Shown piece after piece: positions 57,845 to 64,000 of a DNA stretch of 64,000 nucleotides. A program made the translations under genes and the position numbers. Below the pieces are notes generated by a model, which was given only the letters and a program-made list of their open reading frames with translations, was not told the DNA's origin and made no database searches. The stretch is from Candidatus Heimdallarchaeota archaeon. Its GTDB lineage: Archaea > Asgardarchaeota > Heimdallarchaeia > Heimdallarchaeales > Heimdallarchaeaceae. Location of the stretch: contig JAHLWR010000001.1 in the NCBI GenBank assembly GCA_019057815.1, positions 128,001-192,000 on the forward strand, given 5' to 3'. Numbering within the stretch: the stretch's first letter is position 1; the number at the start of each line of letters is the position of its first letter.

Positions 57845-60800
57845 ATGAAAGACAAAAGGAAATTATCAATATTATTTGTTGTTTTATTTGTTAGTCAGAT
57901 TGCCATTAGTGCAAGTGTAAGTGCTGAAATACTTTATCCTGTTATTTCTAACATACATCATACACCAATTAATCCTTCTCCTGAGGACACAGTTACAGTT
58001 CTTGCTGATGTATCGCATGGAATGGGATTAAGTGAAGTCAAACTTAATTATCTCTCTGAAAGTGAAAATGAGTGGAATTATATCAATATGGTATCTGATG
58101 TCGAATGCGTTTTTTATGGCCATATAACTCCCTATCCCGTTGATTCCTTCATCACTTATCAGATTGTTTCAACATCTATTAATGGTTTCACACGAATGTC
58201 TTCGAATTACACTTACACTGTTTATGAGTACAATGTTCCAACCATTACAAATGTAAAAAGAGATCCATCTCAACCAATGTATGATGAACTTGTCAATATA
58301 ACTGCTAAGGTTTATGATACACTATCTATAAGCTCAGTCTTTTTGAAGTATACACTTGATCAAGGAAGTACAACTACTGTTCCGATGTCCTTTAATTCGA
58401 ATGATAGTTTATATTTTGCTCAAATACCTAACACAAATATCAATACTTCTGTCAATTATTGGATTGAGGCAACAAATGATGAGACACATACAAGTTCTTC
58501 CAAGGTTTTTCATTATATTTCATTAGGTTATGTTCCATTTCTTTATGAGATTTGGACTGATCCTTTTAATGCTACTGAAGGATATCCTTTAACGTTTTTT
58601 GTTAGTTTGTTTAGTCGTTGTGTTATTGTTGAGGGGTACATTTACTATAAAATCAATCAAGGAGGAACAGAATCACTTAATCTTACTCAAACGGATGAAA
58701 TAATGTGGAGTTCTGAAAGTATCCTTGGAGATAATCTTGTGGGAGGGTATATACTTGAGTATTGGTGTCAGTTTAACTACTCACATGATGGAAGTTATCA
58801 TCTTTATCCTTCTAACCCAACTCATAATTTCAAAACGATAGTAGAAAATAACAATCCAACTATTGATTCTGTAAATATTTATCCTATATCTATAAATAAA
58901 GGCGACGACGTGACTATCAATGTTACAATAACTGACCAAAGTATAATAGATGTTGAATGCATTTATTTGATTCCAGGGAAAACAGATGAGACACATCTAG
59001 TTATGAATGAAATAACGGGAACAAACATTTGGACAACCACAATACTTACAACAGATCTTCTTGAGAACGCAAGTGTTGTCCTAACTATAACGGTAAAAGA
59101 TACGAATGGTATGGAAACTATAGTCTATTCAGGATTTTTCATCAATGATGGCAGTCCACCCATTTTATATGGTGTTGAAGATTTGCGAGAACACCAAATC
59201 TGTCATACATATGAACATACTTTCTATGTTTATGTAAACGACACAAGTGAAATTGACTATGTGAAACTCAAACTTTGGACAGAAAATGGTTCACTGTTTT
59301 ATGGGGAGTATTACATGGTTAAAGGAGGAACACACATTTATTATTATACTCTAGATAACGCTCCGTTTGAAACTAGTTTATTCACTTGGATGACTTACAA
59401 TTTTATTGCTTGTGACATATTTGGTTATACTGTAGAATCAGAAGAGTTTACTTACTATGTTTATGATTATTCAGGACCCATATTCAGTTTTAATGCAGTA
59501 GAAGAGTATGATTACCATGAAACACCTGAACTTCATGTAATAATTAATGATAGAGGAGGAACAGGAGTTCAGTCCTCTTCTATCGTTTATAGTGATGACG
59601 ATTGGAGTACTAGTTACTATTTATCTTTAAGCTATATCGATGATAATGAGTATAAAGTAATATTGCCTGAACTACTATATGAGTCATCAAGAGAATATTA
59701 TTTCACTGCTATAGATTTTGCTAATAATCCCTCACAATCAGTAATTTTTGAATATACTTCAGTTGATGCTTCTCCACCTACTATAATTGATTTTAAAATA
59801 AATAATAATCAACCTGTTACAAATCTTGATCAAGAATTAACAGTAGAAATATGGTTAGAAGATGTTAATTTTATAACTTGGGTTGATATTGAACTACTAT
59901 CTGAGTACAATCACGCGGGTACTTGGTGGCAAAAAGAGCTTTATGATAGTGGAGATAATGTTTACTTTACTAGAACGTTTGATTACAATTTGGTAGGGTG
60001 TGACATCATTGAATATTACTTCTCTGTTCAAGATTCTTTAAACCAGTATGATTTTTCCGTTCATTATCAAATTACCGTTATTGACGCAATTTTGCCTACT
60101 CTCAGTACGACAGTTGTTACTCAAGGAACAGCAAATGTCTTGACCAGAAATATAGTTTATTGGCAAGAAGAAGTAGAACCAGATGTTTATGTTGCCCGTA
60201 ATGCTTATTGGTTCAATGAATCAGCAGAAGATCTCTATTTTGAAGTTGTTGCTGATGACGAGACAGAATTAGATGAAGTCTATTTTGAATACAGTTATGG
60301 AACTTATGGTAGTTGGGGAGAACATTACACTTTCACTCAAGTCGGTACATCAACTACTTATGATGTTACAATTGATATGACTATTTTTTCCGCAGAAAAA
60401 ACTAATGATGGTTATAGTATTATAGATGTTGAAAATGGGAGATTCTTCTTCCGAATTATAGCAAAAGATACAAGTGGTAACATTCGATATTGGAACCCTA
60501 CTGAACCCTTTGAATTATGGGATGGAGAAGCTCCAACTATAATTAATATGCAACAATCCCACACATCTCTAAAAGGAGGGCAGAATATAGACTTTTCAAT
60601 CACTTTAAATGATAATTTTAAAGGAATCATTGATAACTTTTTCCCTTCAGGTTTTGCATTTATTCGCTTTAAACACGGAGCTTCAGACACTGGTTGGATT
60701 GTTATGCAACTTAGTGAATCCTCATCATTCGATTACACGTGGACTACTCCAAATGTAGATAGTACTCAAACTTGTTATGTGTGGTTTAAAGTTGGGGATT

Positions 60801-63800
60801 TAAATGCTTTAAAAACAGGTTGGGAACTCAGTGAACAAAAAGATTCTTGGAATAACAATCAAACTTATGTCGATTATTGTTCATTCACTATTATAGATAG
60901 TACAGGACCAGATATTAGTAACTGGTCTTATGGTGGTCCTGCGTGGACGAGTACTAACCCTTTTGTAGATTACAGTCAAACGCTTTATGTTGATGTGCAA
61001 TTAACTGATGTTTCAGGAGTTAATTCTGCTAAATTATATTTCAGTGATACATGGACTTGGGTAAATTTTGATAATATGGTCCTAATCTCTGGTGATCAAT
61101 TTTCAGGTATTTGGAGAGGAGAAATTAGTTCATCTTATCTGTTCTCTGTTTATGATTTTAATGATATTTCTGATATCCATTTCAAAGTTGTTGCAATAGA
61201 TAGTGAAAGCAATACATATGAAGAACTTTCACCGGGATGGCTGGATATTAGAGATTTTGTTTCCCCAGTAATAACTTCAGGTCCCACTTGCTCTCACTCA
61301 CAGATTTACCAAGGACAAACTATTAGATTTGATATTAGTGCCCACGATTACGGAAAAGGGATGTCTACTTTCTTATTATACGCTGTGAGAATAAGAATAG
61401 ATGGAGGAGCTTCTGTTGCTATGGTATTGGATAATGGAGATGAATGGTATTATCAATATACTGTTTTTAGATCTATTGGTGTGCACAATGTTCAATTTTA
61501 CCTTTATGATGAGGATTTATCAATGGCCCTTGATACTCCTTCAAACATCTATGTGACAGCATACAATATTTTAACCTATGAAGTCTTAGATGGTATCGGA
61601 CCAACAATAGAGGACGCTAACGATTGGACATATGAAGGTTCAGCATGGAAAAACAGTAAAAATCTCGAGGCACATGTACCAACTACAAGTATAGATGAAA
61701 CATGGTTATTAGATTTAAGTTATAGTTTAACAATTACAGCTGAAATTACTGATGTATCAGGAATACAGTACGCACGGCTATACTATAGCAGCTCCCGTTC
61801 CACTTTTTCCAACTATGTTCCGATGTCTCATACAACTGGAAATAATTACCAAGCAACTATCTCTGCAAACATTTTACAATCAATATATTCTGATACTGCA
61901 CCAGAATCTGTGAATGATATTATATATTTCAAAATTTATGCTGTTGATAGTTCATCATCACAAAATTATAATAACAGAGAGACCTATGATGATGATATCT
62001 TCTTCGAGATATGGGATTATGGAGGACCAACATATTCAAATTATGTTACTCCTAGCTCGGCTTCTATAGGTTCACAAATAACTATTAGAGTAGATGTGAT
62101 AGACCATATAGGCGTTTATAACAATTATTACAATGTTAAATTTGTTTGTGACGGCACTACTTACGGTTGGTACAGTATGAGTCGTATTTCAGGAGATAAG
62201 TTTGATGGAACATATCAATATATATGGGCAGTTCAAAATCATCATAGTAAAACTTGTATTATAACTTTTCAATTTAAAGATATTATGGGAGAAAGAGTAG
62301 AATGGGATCCTTTTTTGAACCTTTGGGCTACATATGATTATAGGGTAAATGTTTTAACAACTGACAGTTCTCAGTCTTTCCAAATTTACGATAACACAGA
62401 TCCTGTTATTAGTAACCATTACGTATCTCCTTCAGATCCTGAATATAACGAACAATTCAGATTTTATGCGTGTGCAACAGATTCATATACTAGCATAAGC
62501 AGTGTCTGGGCTGAATGGTGGGTAGAAGGCGTAAAACAAACAGATATTTCAATGTCTTTTGACTCTGGTACCACTTATAAATCCGCACTTGTTGGAACAT
62601 ATTCCTATAACACTCAAATTAAATATATTATTCACGCTAAAGACATTAATAACAATGAAGAAACAACTTCACTAATAACTTTCTACATAGAAGACACTGT
62701 TTTGCCTACTGTTTCTAATACATACCATACACCCAATCCTATAATCTCTGGTACAAATACACTATATGTTTATACAACCTTTAGTGATAGCGGTTCTGGT
62801 ATAAACACTCCACAAATATGTTATTGGATAGATGGCACACTTTATGGTTATTATACTATGACACATGATACTGGAGGTACATATTATTATGCCATAGATA
62901 TTAGTGGTGTCGGCTTTTCAGAAGGAATAGAGTATAGAACCAGTTGTACAGATGTTGCTGGAAACACTAAATACAGTAGTATATATGGGCCATATTTCTT
63001 CCAAGATACAACAAACCCATCAATTAGTGCAATTACACGAACACCAACAACGGTATATTCACTCGATGATGTAGTAGTAAGAGCTTCTGTAACCGACACG
63101 GGATCCGGTGTTGATTGTGTCCGTTTATACTTCAAACGTTTATCTACTTGGCAGTATGTCCCTATGTCCATAGTAAGTGGAAAATATCAAGGAACTTATT
63201 TTTGTGGTGGTACAGGCCACACCGACCAATATTATGTTAGAACCTGGGATAATGCAGGAAATTACGCCCAATCATCTACTTACTCTTACGTCGTCCAAAG
63301 TGGAGGAGGATGGCCACCTTGGCAACCATCCGTTGAAGGATTAACTCATTCTGTAGATCTTTCTAATCAGTACGATGAAGGAGTTCTGTACTTGGATAAA
63401 CAACAACATATTTTCAGTCATCCTGAACTTATTAAACACGTTATTGTTGAATATAAAAGTATAGGTGAACCTTCATGGCATAAGGTTGTGCCTTTAGAAA
63501 ACGAAGAGTTTTACTCTGCTTATATCGCCTCTGCTACTTCACTCGTTTTAGATTACAGAGTAATTATTCACATGATAACAAATCAAATAATTACTTCAGA
63601 AATACAATCTTTAGAACTTATCGATTTAACACCCCCTAACATTATCGTTGACTATTCTCCTCTAAACCCCGAATACGATGAGATTGTTCAGTTTAATATA
63701 CAAGTAAGGGATTCAAGTGGAATCAATGAAACATTTTGCCATTACTCTTTTGGTGATGAATGGAATACTATTACTTTTAATTCACAGATACTTAATGAAA

Positions 63801-64000
63801 AAGAAGGAGTAGTATACAATTATTCTCATCAATTAAATCAAACTGTACGTTTCATTTTTGAAACAAGAGATAATAACGGAAATGTAAATCAAACTCATTT
63901 CTATGAGTTTATAGTTTTTTCACCAATTGAAGATAATCCTTTGGATAGTAATTCACAATGGATCTATGGCCTATACAGCATAGGAGGATTATTTGGAGTT
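57845..64000 (+). CDS. Giant secreted Ig-like-repeat surface protein (>2052 aa, 3'-truncated by window)
   Basis: ATG 57845, signal peptide MKDKRKLSILFVVLFVSQIAISASVSA; repeated D-x-x-x-P-x-I...A-x-V-x-D-x-SG...M...YY-x-x-A-x-D-x-x-GN modules; spot-translated segments share one frame and the track shows no stop; ends WIYGLYSIGGLFGV (probable TM start). Confidence 0.88.
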   Translation, partial: MKDKRKLSILFVVLFVSQIAISASVSAEILYPVISNIHHTPINPSPEDTVTVLADVSHGMGLSEVKLNYLSESENEWNYINMVSDVECVFYGHITPYPVDSFITYQIVSTSINGFTRMSSNYTYTVYEYNVPTITNVKRDPSQPMYDELVNITAKVYDTLSISSVFLKYTLDQGSTTTVPMSFNSNDSLYFAQIPNTNINTSVNYWIEATNDETHTSSSKVFHYISLGYVPFLYEIWTDPFNATEGYPLTFFVSLFSRCVIVEGYIYYKINQGGTESLNLTQTDEIMWSSESILGDNLVGGYILEYWCQFNYSHDGSYHLYPSNPTHNFKTIVENNNPTIDSVNIYPISINKGDDVTINVTITDQSIIDVECIYLIPGKTDETHLVMNEITGTNIWTTTILTTDLLENASVVLTITVKDTNGMETIVYSGFFINDGSPPILYGVEDLREHQICHTYEHTFYVYVNDTSEIDYVKLKLWTENGSLFYGEYYMVKGGTHIYYYTLDNAPFETSLFTWMTYNFIACDIFGYTVESEEFTYYVYDYSGPIFSFNAVEEYDYHETPELHVIINDRGGTGVQSSSIVYSDDDWSTSYYLSLSYIDDNEYKVILPELLYESSREYYFTAIDFANNPSQSVIFEYTSVDASPPTIIDFKINNNQPVTNLDQELTVEIWLEDVNFITWVDIELLSEYNHAGTWWQKELYDSGDNVYFTRTFDYNLVGCDIIEYYFSVQDSLNQYDFSVHYQITVIDAILPTLSTTVVTQGTANVLTRNIVYWQEEVEPDVYVARNAYWFNESAEDLYFEVVADDETELDEVYFEYSYGTYGSWGEHYTFTQVGTSTTYDVTIDMTIFSAEKTNDGYSIIDVENGRFFFRIIAKDTSGNIRYWNPTEPFELWDGEAPTIINMQQSHTSLKGGQNIDFSITLNDNFKGIIDNFFPSGFAFIRFKHGASDTGWIVMQLSESSSFDYTWTTPNVDSTQTCYVWFKVGDLNALKTGWELSEQKDSWNNNQTYVDYCSFTIIDSTGPDISNWSYGGPAWTSTNPFVDYSQTLYVDVQLTDVSGVNSAKLYFSDTWTWVNFDNMVLISGDQFSGIWRGEISSSYLFSVYDFNDISDIHFKVVAIDSESNTYEELSPGWLDIRDFVSPVITSGPTCSHSQIYQGQTIRFDISAHDYGKGMSTFLLYAVRIRIDGGASVAMVLDNGDEWYYQYTVFRSIGVHNVQFYLYDEDLSMALDTPSNIYVTAYNILTYEVLDGIGPTIEDANDWTYEGSAWKNSKNLEAHVPTTSIDETWLLDLSYSLTITAEITDVSGIQYARLYYSSSRSTFSNYVPMSHTTGNNYQATISANILQSIYSDTAPESVNDIIYFKIYAVDSSSSQNYNNRETYDDDIFFEIWDYGGPTYSNYVTPSSASIGSQITIRVDVIDHIGVYNNYYNVKFVCDGTTYGWYSMSRISGDKFDGTYQYIWAVQNHHSKTCIITFQFKDIMGERVEWDPFLNLWATYDYRVNVLTTDSSQSFQIYDNTDPVISNHYVSPSDPEYNEQFRFYACATDSYTSISSVWAEWWVEGVKQTDISMSFDSGTTYKSALVGTYSYNTQIKYIIHAKDINNNEETTSLITFYIEDTVLPTVSNTYHTPNPIISGTNTLYVYTTFSDSGSGINTPQICYWIDGTLYGYYTMTHDTGGTYYYAIDISGVGFSEGIEYRTSCTDVAGNTKYSSIYGPYFFQDTTNPSISAITRTPTTVYSLDDVVVRASVTDTGSGVDCVRLYFKRLSTWQYVPMSIVSGKYQGTYFCGGTGHTDQYYVRTWDNAGNYAQSSTYSYVVQSGGGWPPWQPSVEGLTHSVDLSNQYDEGVLYLDKQQHIFSHPELIKHVIVEYKSIGEPSWHKVVPLENEEFYSAYIASATSLVLDYRVIIHMITNQIITSEIQSLELIDLTPPNIIVDYSPLNPEYDEIVQFNIQVRDSSGINETFCHYSFGDEWNTITFNSQILNEKEGVVYNYSHQLNQTVRFIFETRDNNGNVNQTHFYEFIVFSPIEDNPLDSNSQWIYGLYSIGGLFGV

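Overview
AT-rich archaeal DNA. It has GGTGA/GGAGG ribosome-binding sites, a group II chaperonin, archease, split GcvPA/PB and expanded NosD-repeat surface proteins; an Asgard/Heimdallarchaeia-like origin is inferred, not proven. There are three zones. (1) 1-24.3 kb is housekeeping: DHH phosphoesterase, intein-containing RtcB and archease, two unannotated CxxC-x17-CxxC zinc-finger microgenes flanking an APH-like kinase, gcvH-PA-PB, a thioredoxin-V4R-V4R protein, thermosome, MenA fusion, hutI, two divergent MIO ammonia-lyases, a metallophosphoesterase and a DegT aminotransferase. (2) About 24.3-42.7 kb is an integrase-less accessory/defence island. It starts at a NosD-gene relic and holds a strongly purine-skewed, virus-like 3-gene module with an atypical radical-SAM-like protein, AlbA/Schlafen, an OLD-family nuclease, DUF4145 and fhs pseudogene fragments, a small PIP-box protein, a C39 peptidase, and a type I RM system with a PIN gene in the PrrC position. 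(3) 43-64 kb is a cell-surface island: four NosD/CASH beta-helix proteins (two with PEF-CTERM), a HEPN-like protein, a secreted caspase-fold protease, a candidate structured ncRNA, a wHTH regulator, and an operon of a MinD/ParA ATPase, an unknown ORF and a >2050-aa Ig-repeat protein that is missing from the ORF track and runs off the window. No tRNA, rRNA, CRISPR array, integrase or transposase was recognised.
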